A DNA stretch of 64,000 nt from Camelus dromedarius (GCF_036321535.1 NC_087437.1:115198001-115262000); one strand, 5' to 3'. Shown: positions 24,441 to 37,944, numbered from the stretch's first letter. The notes: generated by a model from the sequence alone, not told the origin. Numbers and translations are program-made.

Positions 24441-25824
24441 GAGTGGGAAACAAGTTGAAGACAGATGAGCACTGAAAAGGCTGACTGATGTTCTGGTACA
24501 TGTGGGTCACCAACTGGACTGTGAGCATCCTAAGACCAGTAGGAAGAGGGAAATGTCAGTTATGATTCACAGTGTTCTTGTCCCCTAAGAGAAGCATAAT
24601 GATTCCTGATGCTGGCAGTGCTTTCTCCCCTGGTACTTCGTTGTTGTTTTTTAAGACAGTATGTAAAGAACCTCAGCAACTCTGAAACAGGGCCGAGGTT
24701 TTCCCTGCGTTGCTTCCTGTCCTGGCCTTTGCTGTAAGTGGGTGGTATGATGCAGTAAAAGCCATCAGGAATGCCACTCCCAAGTCTTTCTTAATCCAAG
24801 GACTGTCTTTTAAAATACCTTGAACATTTATTCATCTGCTCAAAATAGCAGTATAGAAAACCCACTTTCACAACCTCAGAATTCTGGTCAGATGACATAG
24901 GAAATCCTCCCTGGTACACACAGCAGCAATAGATTTAAAAAGAGAGAAACCAAAAAGAAAGAACTGGGCTCAAAAACAAGGTAAGCATCACAGTGGACCA
25001 GAAATGGAAAAAAGATTTGATGAGCAGGGCTGAAGCCATATCCTACACTTCCCTACAGGGCAGTGGCAGCTGGAAAGTAGGTTCCAGCACAATAAAAAGT
25101 CATAAAATTGTGTCATTGGAGGAACAAATGAACGAGTCCCTTCTGTGGAGGGACTCGGTCCCTCCATGATAACACAGGGCTAACAACTCAGGAATTTAGA
25201 AAATGAAAAAGCATAACAGAGTGATAAATCCTAATGTTTCATTAGACAAACACTTCAGATAGCCTTCTTGGAGTTTGCTGAATTATGGCTCTAAGGACCA
25301 GTCTCTCCACCCCTGCTAGGAATGGAAAGGTCATCTCTTCTACCTGAAAGTCACAATCATCCCTAGGTTTTCAGGTTCCTTAAGAACTTTGCAAACTCAC
25401 TTCCCCACAGATGCCACAGCTCCACCTGACCGGATGAGAACTTTCCAGGCTTGACCTTAGATACTTCAAGATGTCGTGGTCTCAGAAGACATCGTAGGAA
25501 AATGTTGGGGTCAGCCAGTTCTGGCTTATAAAGAATGGGGACCACAGTAGGTCACTATGAAATGAGAAGCAGGTAAGGTCCCTTCCTGACCCTTGGATTG
25601 AGGAGCACTGATACCATTCATGCCCAGGAAGGGATACAGGAAGGCAGGTAGAAAGGAAGAAGAAAGAGTCACACAGCAGGCTCTGTTTATGATCCCACAT
25701 AAAATGACAGAAAGACTTAAGGAGCTTAGCTTCATCATCCGCAGATAGCAAAGAAAAGGGGAAGGATGTCAAAATAAGATATCAGGGGATCTTACTGTAT
25801 GTGAACCTGATTCACATCCTTTAG

Positions 25825-25980
25825 TCCCTCACTACTCAAAAGTGTGGTCCTTGAATGCTTCGGCATCACCTGGGGATTTACTAGAAATGCAGAATCCCAG
25901 GCCTCACCCTAGACCCACTGAATCAGCAACTGCACTTTAACAAAATCCCCAATTCATTCACGAAGTTCAAGAAACATTGC
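25825..25980. mobile_element. MER5A-like DNA transposon
   Basis: ctcaaaagtgtggtcc...catcacctgggga...tagaaatgcagaatc...ccctagacccactgaatcag. Confidence 0.7.
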
Positions 25981-28262
25981 CAACGTCCACCTTTGTCATT
26001 CCCTGCATCTGGGCTGCTCTAGACGCCTTACAAGACTCTTCACAGATTGTTGTGGAAGTAAAAGATCACAGACTGGGAATGTAAAGCAAGACTGTCATTT
26101 ATAAGAACATCACTGCAGGGAGAAAGGCATTGCTTAACAGCCAGTGTCTGAAGACCACCTCAGTAACCCATCAAAATGAATGGCTGTCTCTAAGAACAGC
26201 CTTCCCAGACTCAGTCTCTAGTCTCTAGCCCTTAGGAGGCATGCTCTGGAAATGATGACTGGGGACAAGGCAGAGTGTAAACCAAAAGACTATCACTCCC
26301 CTAGGGGATGCTGTCCTGCCCCCCATTAGATAGATGATTGCTCCTCCCCAGAGGAGGCCTGGTATACTGACATTAGCTCTGTCTGAACCTGGAAAGCATT
26401 CAGAAAACTAATCAGTCAAATGGCTAGAGCTGGGAAGTTTGCTTTTAAAATAAAGAATCCCAGTCTAGGAGGAAGTGTTGCATAGATGCTGAAATTTAAA
26501 TAGCTATAACTAAACAGTTCATTTTTAGCAGTTAAACTACATATTCTCTGTTTTGTAGATAAAAGAAATCTATTTCCTCCACAACGTGTTGGGCTGCAAA
26601 TGATATTCAGAGATCCCCAGGGTCTTAAGAACGGCCACCTATTTGAAAATAATAAATAATTTAAAAATAATTTAAAAAGAAAAATGCAATTTTAGACTGA
26701 CCCGAAACAAAGAATAGATTAGAGGCTTGGGCCATGTCCAGGGCATCAAAGGGAAGCAAAGTTGTCATTTAAATCTTGCTGATTAGCAAATGCTCAAGCT
26801 AAAGGCAGGGGAAGAGCCAGCCAGCACCACCCCTACCCTTCATCAGAAGTTAATTTTGGAATCCCAATTTTTAAAAACCTTTATTCCAAATAGGAAAATT
26901 TTGTATTAAATGCCTTTTAAATTTCCACAAGTGATTTGTTATTGTATAATGAAACTAAGAAATGTATTATTCTAATTGCATTTTATTTTAGTAAACTTTA
27001 TTTTTGCTTTTGTAAGTTTTATATTTATCAGAAGGACTCTACACCAGAGTTGTCTGTAATTAAAAATACAGGTAATAGTAAAGGCAAGATGTGTACTGTG
27101 GCCCAGGAATTAAAAGATGCTTTCACATAAAACCTTTAGAGCCTGTAGGTGATATGTCATTATTTCTCAATTATGTAAGTAATAGGGATCTATATCAAAA
27201 TAATAGCTATCTCCCTGATCTCCTGCAGTAAAAAGAAACATATCAGCTGTTAGTAGGCCAGGGTAACACTACCTGGGAAAATCACGTGAGTTTATTCACT
27301 ATAAATCTTGGTAGCACAATATGAAACACCTATTAAATTGGCGAGAGAACGTTAATACATTTTTAAACACAATCTAAGTTTTAAGATGGGATTGATTATA
27401 GTAAAAACGTATTTTCCAACTGTAAAAGATGTTCATTCTGATATTTTCAAAATCAAAATAATATGCAGAACCAGTTAGTTCGGCTAGAGATCACACATGT
27501 GTGAATCTTTTAACTGTGTTTTAAGTGACAGTAAATGGACATGATAGGGGTGAAATGAAACATGTACAGGATGTTGTACACTGTGCTGTTTCAAAATAGA
27601 ACAGCAATGTGGATGGACCCCCCCCACCTCCAGGATCTGAAGAGAAGGAACTGCTTGCTAAATGTTGCCACCTTCTACAAACCATCAGCTTTTAGAATAC
27701 TGGTACCCTCAAGCTGAAAGCACAATGAAACAGTGGAACTGAACCCCCCATCAGATGAATATTTAAAGAGCTGAATGAGAGATTATTAGTCACTGGGGGG
27801 CTGAGAACCAAGGGGACTGTACAGAAAACCTTGACCTCTATTCAGTAGCCTTAACGCTCATATTTATATCATATTGTTATTTTAGAACAAATTGTCAGAT
27901 GGAGCAAAAAGCAGTTTTATCAGTCAAAATAAAGAGAAAGGAGATAAAATCAAAGAATCAAAAGAATTTTAAGTTAGAATACCTTAAAGTATTGAAAATA
28001 GTTTATGTGAACTCATGTCTTTAAGAAATGCCTTTTCAAGCCTTGTTCATTGATATGGCCTCACAGTAACTTTACCCCAAAATGCACCCTAGTGCAGATA
28101 CCAGTGTATGTGCTACTTTTTCCATTAAGAAGGGGGAAAAAAAAAAGATTCTTGGAGAAGTGGCTGATTCAGTGTTAGGAGAGGTTCCTGGTAAGCTGGG
28201 ACACCTTGTGCCAGCAAGCAGAGAGGCTTCAAAGAAAAATAGGGTCCTGTCAAAAGGATGTT

Positions 28263-28415
28263 GGAGGGGGAGGGTATAGCTCAGTGGTAGAGTGCATGCT
28301 TGGCATGCATGAAGTCCTGAGTTCAATCCCCAGGACCTCAATTTAAAAAATAAATAAATAAATGAACCTAATTACCTCCCCCCCCAAAAAATTTGAAAAT
28401 AAATACATTTTTTAA
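28263..28415 (+). mobile_element. tRNA-derived SINE
   Basis: Full body and tail; flanking aaaaggat repeats. Confidence 0.9.
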
Positions 28416-29016
28416 AAAAGGATCCTGGAGCCAATCCTAAGGGACCCCCTACTCGCCAAATTAGGACAATTTGAAATGCGCCAAAGGTATGAAGAGCTGT
28501 GAGTGCAGGACGATCCACAGTAAAAGGTGGGCTATTCTAAAAGAATACAGAATAAGATGTTCTGGCTGAGTCTTGTTACTTGGTTATGTCTGTATTATTG
28601 ATTCATGTATTATACTGATGAAGGTCTGTAAATTGTAAATTCTTCCTTTAGAAGGCTGTTCCTGACCCAAGGGAGCATCAGTACTAAGACCCCCTAAGCT
28701 GTGATGCCAAAGCAGAGAGAGCCACGTGAGTTAACCAAAATTCAGTTCCATCTCGTTTTAAGGCTCCTGAAGAACTGGTTGGTCCTAAAAATAGGACAGA
28801 GTACAAGATTTCATTAGGTCCAAAGACCTAAAAAATTAAACGTATCTGGAGAGCTGATCAGCCTGTGTCGAGCTTCTGGCTCCTCTGAGCAGATAGAAAT
28901 AAGTAATGTTTGACTTGAATCCGGAGAGGCTATTTGATCACACTCCTTGAGGTTACAGAATCATTGATATGATGATAATCAGTGAGATTCAATTCTCATT
29001 AAAGACTCAGGAAGAT

Positions 29017-29120
29017 GGGGCGGGGAGGGTGTAGCTCAGTGGTAGAGCTCATACTTAGCATGCAAAAAGTCCTGGGTTCAATCCCCAGAACCTCCATTTA
29101 AAAAAAAAAAAGTACAAAAT
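29017..29120 (+). mobile_element. tRNA-derived SINE
   Basis: Body and poly-A; flanking taaagactc repeats. Confidence 0.88.
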
Positions 29121-30119
29121 AAAGACTCGGGGGAAAAAAGCAAGTATCTCTGGTGATAAACGATCTTAGTTAATTAGGACAGTAACTTTTTTTAACAGCA
29201 TCCATCTCCTAATTCAATAAAATTTTGTGTTAAATATAAAAAGCCTTGGAAGAAGCAAAACCATAGATTTATATTTCTGGATTAATAAGGAATGTATGCA
29301 TATTGGTATTTATATGCTTGAAATGTGTTAGAGAATGTGGCCATTTCAGGGACAGCCTGACAACTCTTAATTTGAAAGAGGTCCTTGCTTTTAAATGGAA
29401 ATCCTACTAAGTTGATGACCTGTACTGAAACAGCCAAGAGAATATCGGGTTTGCCATACAGATAAGTTCAATGTGCTAGATATATGAGAGTTGTTTAATT
29501 GGGAAGTTTAAGTACATTTTTTAAAAAAGGAAACTTAATTTAATAAGGACTTGAGGTCTGGACCAGACACTGAACACCCACCGCAGGCGGACCCTCCCCC
29601 ACATCTCACTGTGTCCATGTCCCTCTTGTAGTGGAGGAAAGCAGTTATAATCTCTGGAAAGGCACCTCGTCAGATGCAAATGTGTCAATGGTGTGTCCAC
29701 AGAGGAGGAGGAAGAAATCAGCCCCTCCATAGAAGACAGAACTCATGTCAGTAGTTGGAGAAAGGAAAATGCTCCACAAAATGACAGATCCTAAACGTTC
29801 TTTTAGCCAAACACTGTGACCCTTTCAAATAGCCTTTTGAAGTCCCAGGACCACAGGGTCTGCCTTTCCCTCCCCTGCTGGGCATCCTGAGGCCTCCCTC
29901 CCTTACCTGTGTCACAAAGCCCCTCCTTCCCTGCTGGGCACCAGGCACTTCCTGGAGTGAGGGGGAGGCTTCACTTACTACAGAGGACACCTGCGAGGGT
30001 GACAGGGTCAAGATCTGGGGTGTGATGAGCGCTCCCTCCTTCTCTCCTGCAGAGCAGCTCTTGCTTTTAAATCACATGCACAGTTCATTTCCCACAATAA
30101 CCCAGAACACCAACTATAA

Positions 30120-31030
30120 TAAATACAAATTGACACATAGGTTCAGCAGTGTCACTGGACACTATCAAGGAAAGAGACGTTCTCCAAAGCTACCTGAGAA
30201 AGAAAAGATTGCTTCCAAAGTCAGAGCAATTAGATAGAAAACAATGGAATAATAGCTTCAAAATACCGAGAGAAACTAACTTAGCCTAAAACTGTTGACC
30301 TTCCCGAACGATCATTCAAGTAGAGAGAAGAAAAAAAGATATTTTCAGAAATATGACTTCAGGCTTCAGTTTACCACATACAGACTCTCACTAGAGGATG
30401 TACTTTAGGAGAAAGAAAAGTTAAAAATAGATAAATGGATGGACAGGGAAGGTGTGACATTCAGGACTCAGGAGTCTAGAACTATAAAGGTTTTAGAAGA
30501 TAGAATATCTTTGTGACCTCAAACTAGGGAAAGAATAGTCAATCAAGATACCGAGACCACTAGTTATACAGGAAAAGACAGAATACATTACAATGAAGAA
30601 CCTTGAGGGGAGGGTATAGCTCAGTGGTAGAGGATGTGCTTAGCACCCTCATGGTCCTGGGTTCAATCCCCAGTACCTCCATTAAATAAATAATTAAATA
30701 AAAATCTAATTACCTCCTTCCCCCTTCAAAAAATTTTTTAAATAAAATACAATTAAGAACCTCTATTGAGACACTATAAAAAAGACATGCTCTGAAATGA
30801 GAAAAGGTATTTTCACAACACAAATACTTGATAAAGGTTTCATATCTGGTCTATATAAAGAACTTAAAGTCGATAAGAAACAGTCGGAAAAAATGGGGGT
30901 GAGGGCACTAAACGCTTGAATAAGCACTTCAAAAACCTTTTGGCCGGTAAACATGAAGAGGTGCTCAATCTCAAAAGTATGTACAAATTAAAACCTCAAC
31001 GGAGAATTGGTATAAATCCATCAGGTTGAC
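30120..31030 (+). mobile_element. Old L1 fragments with a nested SINE at 30606-30755
   Basis: L1-like ORF1/ORF2 remnants. SINE flanked by aagaacct repeats. Confidence 0.65.
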
Positions 31031-31657
31031 AGAGATTCCCTTCCTAACCCCTAGAATTGTAGCTTCTACCCTCATTGCTCAAAGATCTAACCATTCTCCA
31101 TCTTTCTGCAGTGTTGGCCTCCCTGGCCATGGTGCCTCGACCAGTCAGGGAAGCAGAAACCACTGACAGGGATACGATACTGAGAATTGGCTACAGACAC
31201 TCCAAAGGTGCTAACACTCCAAACACGGGGCTCCGGGGGCAACTCAGAGAATAGAAATAGCAGAAAGGCACTACCGGCCTGCAAGGAGATGGAGTGACTT
31301 CAGCCTGGGAGCCAGGGGCTCCTGGTGGAAGCCGGAACCTCACAAATCTGCCCGTGGGAGATGGAGCCACAGGGAAAGCAGCTGCTGCTGTGGGCACCGC
31401 CAGAGCTGGGGAGACGGGAGAGTTCCCCCCGCCTCTCCACGCCTCTGGCCTCCTACCCACCCCTTGGCTGAACCCCGTTGAAAGCCAGACAGCAGGGAGC
31501 CTGAAAGAGCCTCCTTCCTCATGAATCACTGGAGAGAGGGGACTCATGGCCGGGGGTGGGAGGAGATCGGAGGGAAAAGAGGCCAGTAGCCAGCCCCTGT
31601 CCTTCTGAAACTCTTCCCTGGAGTTCTTTTTAAAACTCATTTTCTGTTTCTATTCCT

Positions 31658-32015
31658 ATGTTATGGGCTGAATTGAAAGGACCCCCTCACAGCCCCACAA
31701 CAGAAATTCTTCCACTGAGGTTCTGACCCTCAGCACCTCAGAATGTGACTCTGTTGGGAAACAGGGCCTTTGTAGTGGTGACAAGAGTAAAATGAGGTCA
31801 CGCACGTGGGCTCCAACCCAGCGTGGCTGGAGTCCTCAGGAGACTGTGTGAAGACACAGTGAGAAAAAGGCCACGTACAAGGCAAGGGAGGAGTCCTCAG
31901 AAGAAACCAGCTCTGCCAATACCGTGATCTTGGACCTCTGGCCTCCAGACTGTCAGTTTCTGCTGTTTAAGCCAGTCTGTGGTCCTTTGTTACGGCAACC
32001 AGAGCTGACTCATAC
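31658..32015 (+). mobile_element. MLT1-type MaLR LTR
   Basis: tgttatgggctgaattg...cctcagaatgtgact...tttaagcca...tttgttacggcaacc. Confidence 0.82.
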
Positions 32016-32920
32016 ACCCTAGTTCTCAGCACCTCTTCTGTGTCTCTGACCCTTTGAACACATGGGGCACACTTGAGCCTTTGCCCCCAACTTCTGGCCT
32101 CACCTACATTCTCTTCCTGGGTGGTTCCATCTGCCCACTCAGTTTCAGTGGCCACCCCTCTGGCCACAATGCTCAGATCCTCTGGCCTCGCCCAGGCTCC
32201 AGTGCCACAATCGTGGTTTCTCCGTATCTCTACTTGGATAGTCTCTTGGTATCTCAGAAGCAACATGAATAAAACCAGATGCATTTTTCTCCCACAGATT
32301 ACCTCTTCATCTTGATTTCTGTCTCTGTTAAGGACATCACATTCTCCTTTTCACCTGGACCTAGAACTTACTCATCTTGGAGTCCCTCCTCCTCTCGATC
32401 CTGCATCCTGTTTATTTCTATATCAGTTGGTGGTACCTCCACACAGTGTCTCATGGGTCTTCTCTTTCCATCACTGCTCCTCCAGTCCAGGCCTGCATTC
32501 TGCTCTCATTGGAAATAACGTGATGGCTCCTTGCTAATTCCCTGCAGGACTCCTGTGTTTGACTCTATAAAGTGCAGCCCTGATCCCATCACTTCCCTTC
32601 TCGAACCCTTCAGTGGCCACCCCTGCCCACCGGCAACTTCAGGGGGTCCTGCCTGGTATTCAAGACCTTCCATAGTACCCACCTAACCTCCCTTTAGTGC
32701 CATCCATCCATTTACTTACTCCACAGCTGCCAGGCACCAAGCACTGCTCATCACCGCACACTCTTTCATTTAACCCTCTCAATAATTCTGCAAGAGAGCT
32801 CCCGTCCCCAGCAGAGGAGGAAATTGAATTTTAGAGCAACTAAGTGACTTTCTCAAGGTCCCACAACTACTAGGTGGGGAAGCTGGGGGCTGAATTTATG
32901 TCTTTCTGGCTCCGAAGTCC
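32016..32920. mobile_element. L2 remnant followed by MIR (~32740-32920)
   Basis: Pyrimidine-rich L2-like motifs; MIR core aactaagtgactttctcaaggtcccaca. Confidence 0.5.
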
Positions 32921-34119
32921 TTCACTTGATAAACTGGGCACCTGGGAGCAAAGAATGCTGCATGCACAACAATCAATAAGTAGAAATGAGACTCAACGGT
33001 GGCAGAAGGTTCAGGGTGTGCCCCTGCTGGCCCTGAGGACAGCCGTTTATATGCAGATCAGATGGGCTGGGTGGCATTTAACACCCAGAAAGCTGCAGGT
33101 GGGATTTCATTGACATCACCAGGGCAGACAGCTGGCTCTGAAAACAAACAAAGCATACATAGTCCAGTAGACAGAAGGGACTTCGGACACATTTTCTGTC
33201 CAACAACCAAATGTCACTAATTCATTACTGTTTTACGGAACCTCAGGTGCAGGAAAATCCCAAGTTAGAAAACGAGTCTAGAAATGCAATGTGGGATCCT
33301 GAATTGGCTCCTGGAATAGAAAAAAGGGCTTTAGTGGGAAAACTGGTGAAATCTGAAGTCTGTAGTTTGCATCTTTTTTGTAAGTCCAAAATTGTTTCCA
33401 AATTAAAAGTTATGAAGATTAAAGGATGACCTTCCACTGAATTTCACTGGCACAATTCCCCTGTCCCTAACTAGCCGTGCAGTCTTAAGCACATCATTTC
33501 ATCTCTCTGGACCCCAGTTTTTCGACTACTTGAAAAAGCAGGAGGGACACAAACCAGATCGTCTCTAACTTCCCCTTCAAGCTCAAAACTTCTCAGATCC
33601 TAATCATTTACAACGTGATTCAATTTACGAGGATTTGATTTGCAGTGACCTCTTATTCACCTCCATATCCCCGGTATTTGGCACTGCAGTAGCACATAGT
33701 AGGTGCTCCATAGAAGGTTTTAAAATTAAACTGGCTGATAACTCTATTTGTAAAGTGAGGTAGAACTGTGATCTCTTTTACCCAGTTGACCACTAGAGAG
33801 CGAAGTACTCAAAATTTTCTCCAAAGAAAGCAAATTTATCTTCATCCAGCAGAGGGGAGTGGTCCTTTACATCCCAGACATGTAAAAATCTTTCTGTTTG
33901 GGGAGGAGAGTCAGGACCTCCAGTTGGGGTGATTAGTACCATAAGTTTCCGGAAGACCAGACAACATCACACACACTCACAAAGCACACAGCAGCCTCAA
34001 AGGTATAAACTACCTCAGTGGATCAGAGACAGCTGCGAACAGGTGAGCTCTGCTCACTTGCTCTGAGTATAGTTTGTCTTCCTAGCAATCCTGAACCATT
34101 TTCTTAACAAAGATCTCAC

Positions 34120-34256
34120 TTTTATTTGGTTTTAGGGGTGGGAGGGAGGTGATTAGGTTTATTTATTTCGTTATTTTTAGAGGCAGTACTGGGGATTGAA
34201 ACCAGGACCTTCTGCATGCTAAGCATGCGCTCTACCACTTGAGCTATACCTTCCCC
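34120..34256 (-). mobile_element. tRNA-derived SINE
   Basis: Reverse complement of body and tail. Confidence 0.88.
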
Positions 34257-34647
34257 TCAAAGAGCTTACTTTTCAAGGGCCGGGTATGGAGGTTGAATGA
34301 ACGGGAAAATTGACTAAAACCTTTACAACTAAAATGAGAAAGGGCATTAGCAGCCCAGCACCCAGGGCTGAGCCTGTGTGAGCTGCTGTTTTGTGTGGTC
34401 AAGCACTAGAGACCATGGTCTGAAGTCAGGCATCCAGCCCCAGACCCCCAACTATGCACACACACGTGAACGCAGACAGTGGCCCCGTGATGGTGAGCTG
34501 GTCCTGTTTCCACAGCTCTACTGCAGGAATAATAGCATCCACAAGGTGTCAGCTGTGAGGATGAAGGAGATGGGCACCAAAAGCTGAGTGCTAACTGTTC
34601 TGATCGAGGAACAGCCCACGTGGACCAAGTCAACTGGAATAGAAGAG

Positions 34648-34691
34648 CAAGGCACTTTCATTTCATCCTCAAGGCACTTTCATTTCATCCT
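34648..34691. repeat. Perfect 22-bp tandem duplication
   Basis: caaggcactttcatttcatcct x2. Confidence 0.92.
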
Positions 34692-36049
34692 CATGAGAAC
34701 TTCAGGGTGCGGGAAGCTCAGGCTCTGAGGTCTATGCACAGGGGGGCTCTTTTCCAGGAGACGGACTCGCCTTTCTTGGGCAGGGTAAAGAGTATCTGCC
34801 TAAAACTTTTCCTCAGCTGGTCAATCACGTGCCTGACGGACCCACCACTTGAGTCACTTCTCCAGGTTAAGTCATTTCATCTCCCAACGGAGTAAGATTT
34901 AAACTGAAGTCAGTGTCAAGCCCTGGGCTACTACTTTTAATGGTGTCTGTCACGTTAATTTAGAAAATTCAGAGTAGGACCCCGCAGTGTGTCGGACGGA
35001 GGACAGAAACACTCTGATACAAACTACATCCTGAAGATTTGCTGGGTGGCATCCAGGACAGCGCATCTCTAAGCCCTGCGAAGGGGGCAAGAAAGAACAA
35101 AGAGACGAGCAGAGGGGCATCAAGGGAGAAGTGGGGAAGTAAAAGGACTGAGGGGTCAAAAGCTAAAAAGGCCCTAAGGCAGAGTGCCCTGGGAGTGTGT
35201 GTGTCACCAAGCAAAGCACAGATGAAGATGACTATCAAAAAGCAGACTCAGCCTGAAATGGCAGACACTGCAGTGACACCCAGGACAGCTAGGTTCTCCT
35301 TGTGGCTGAAAGCTGCACAAAAATGCCAGTGAGTCACATAATAAAAATCTCTTCTCTCTCAGCCAACATTTTCCCATAGAAACTGAAACTTTAGTGTTTA
35401 GAGAAAGCCAATCACTGTTTAAAAGGAGGAGGGAAAAAAAAGTCATACCTATTATAAACCGTTGCTACTGGAAATTTCATGGGTCTGGGAAGGGAGGTTT
35501 GGTGGAAAGAATCACTGGGAGCATTCATGCAGCCCCTCACGTCTGCAGCCTGGGCTTTGCTGCTTTATTCACTGAATTTGCTTCCATTGAGGCACCACTA
35601 TCCAGTCTCCAGGAAGGGGTCCAGGGAAGCTGCATTGCCCCTGGTTGATGTCCCTTGCTTTGCAGGACAAACTTTGATCTTTAAAATGCCTTTATACAAA
35701 CACTGCTTCTTAGCCCCAAAAGCTAAAAGTTTATAATAAAATAAGTTGGTGAAATAAAAAGAGAAAATGTGGTAAAGGAAGAAGCAACTCGGTAACCACA
35801 GGGCTGCGATGTTCCGTGTTTATAAAATGCCTATAAAGCCCTAACTAGAGGACGAGCCGTTTCCTGGCCAAGCCAAGAGCCGATGATGCAGCTAAATTGG
35901 AACTGCTTTATGCAGCCCGCTTTGAACAAGATTCCAGCCCTGGAAAGCTGACTGCATCCAGCCCCCAGTCAGGCATCTTGAAAATGAAAAAAGCAAAAGC
36001 AGAAGAGCAAGCCGTGATTAAACTATTCCTTCCTATAAATAACTCCCTC

Positions 36050-36520
36050 CCGGGCATGATCAAAGGCAGAAAACCTGAGCCCTTTCTTAGGCGACCCACC
36101 GACCAGCGTGCCCCCCGCGCCCTGTCCCTTTACCTGGCGAGACAGAGCCCCGGGAATCCGCTCTGCGCGTGCCTGCGGGCCGAGCCCCGGACCCCCGCCG
36201 CCGCGCTCCCGGCCTCCGGGCCTGGCACCTGTGCCCGGCGCTGCACCGAGGCCAACGGAGTGGGTGGCCGCCTCGGAGATGCACCCGAGGGGGGCAGGGG
36301 CGTCGTCACCAAGGGCAGAGCAGCGGGGGCGTGGGAAAGGGCAGGTCGGGCTGCCCCTCGGTGGGGCCCTGCTACCCAGGCACAGCCCCGAATCCTGACC
36401 GCTCCGGCCGCCGCTGCCCACACTGGCGGGGGCTTCTGGCTGGTCCGGACCAGCCTTCCCGCTGCCCTCCTCCACTCGGCGGCCAAGAACACGGCCTCGC
36501 CTGCCCCAGCAGCCTCCTAC
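36050..36520. promoter_or_regulatory. CpG island, probable alternative upstream HLCS promoter/exon
   Basis: CpG-rich. Minus-strand donor CAG|GTAAAG at 36134/36133. Lies 13 kb upstream of HLCS exon 1. Confidence 0.65.
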
Positions 36521-37667
36521 CTGAAAAACTGAAATATTAGGTCTTGCCTTAAATGTCAAAATGTCACCTCCTTGTGGGTGGCAAGAGGCCCCCTTCCACA
36601 CTTGCCTGCAACAACACACAGCCACCCCTGTCACTGCCGGTACAGTGTGTCTGCCTTCCCCTTGAGACTGGAAACCCTCGGGGGGCAGGGACAAGATCTG
36701 TCTGTATTTCTGACTCAGCAAAGGTTTTTGCTGAATGAGTGAGGAAGAAAAGTAGCCAAGTTGGGCTGCTTTTGATAGGATGTCTGGAGAAGGAGTTACA
36801 GGGTATGGGGCTTAAATTGCTTACTCAGTGGATTTCTTTTCCCAGAATTACTCCTTCCTTCATTACAAGAGTCATTGAGATCTGGATCTATTAACTCTTA
36901 CTTCTCCTTTACTAAGGGCAACACCTAGAGACGAGGGATTCTTGTTTCTGCCATCTGACCCCAGAATCCTTCACTTTCAGCACAGCAACTTCAAGCAAGG
37001 TCTTGAGGTTGCCTTCTCTGCTAGGGAATAGGGAATTCATTATTCTGTGGTGGGGCCCAGACTGCCACATGGCATCAGTTATAATACTCGCCCCCAAAGG
37101 AAGAACAATGGTGTCTGACCTCCAGGGAAGTGCTCATGGATGGTGGGCAGAATGACTCCAGGTAAGAGAAAATCTCAAGGTGAGATCTACCGTCACCGCT
37201 AAGGTTTCTGATAAATGGGAGGGCTGAAATTCAGGGGCGATCAGAATCAACATCTTCAATGATTTTTTGATGCCTACAAAATAGTCCACTTTTGAGTGTC
37301 CCAAGATTTGTTTAGCCATTCTTCTGTTGTTGGGACTGTTTTTTCCCCAAGTGTTTGCTCTCCTAATGCTAAAAGGAACAGTCCTATACAAAACTTTCTA
37401 GCCACCCTTCTGGTAATTGTTTGGGATATATTCTTATGCTCCTATAAGTAAGATTATTGGGCCAAAGGACAGGAACATTTCCAAAACTATGGAAATATAA
37501 AGCCTGACTTCTTACCTCAAATGTTGTACAACTTTATCTTCTTATAAAAGACTGAGAGCTTAGTTTAGCACACTTTTGTCAATAGCAAGCGTTTTAATAC
37601 AAGTTTTAAAACAACTTTGTTGTCTTGATTAATGAAAAATGGTATCTCTTTAAAAGATAAGCTTTCC

Positions 37668-37895
37668 GGGTGGAGGGTGGGAAGGGATAGACTGGGATTT
37701 CAAAATTGTAGAATAGATTACACTGTATAGCACAGGGAAATATACACAAAATGTTACGATAACTCACAGAGAAAAAAATGTGACAATGAGTGGTATATGT
37801 CCATGAATGACTGAAAAATTGTGCTGAACACTGGAATTTGACACATTGTAAAATGATTATAAATCAATAAAAAATGTTAAAAAAAAATAAAAAAT
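37668..37895 (+). mobile_element. Relatively young 5'-truncated L1 3' end with a 16-bp TSD
   Basis: AATAAA + A tail. TSD aaaagataagctttcc (37652-37667) / aaaagattagctttcc (37896-37911). TT|AAAA endonuclease site. Confidence 0.88.
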
Positions 37896-37944
37896 AAAAG
37901 ATTAGCTTTCCTTTTGAACTACCAGAAAAACTTTTATGTTAGTT

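Noticed and set aside
35897..36532. 211-aa plus-strand ORF
   Set aside because: Non-ATG start, no recognisable domain, CpG-island composition.
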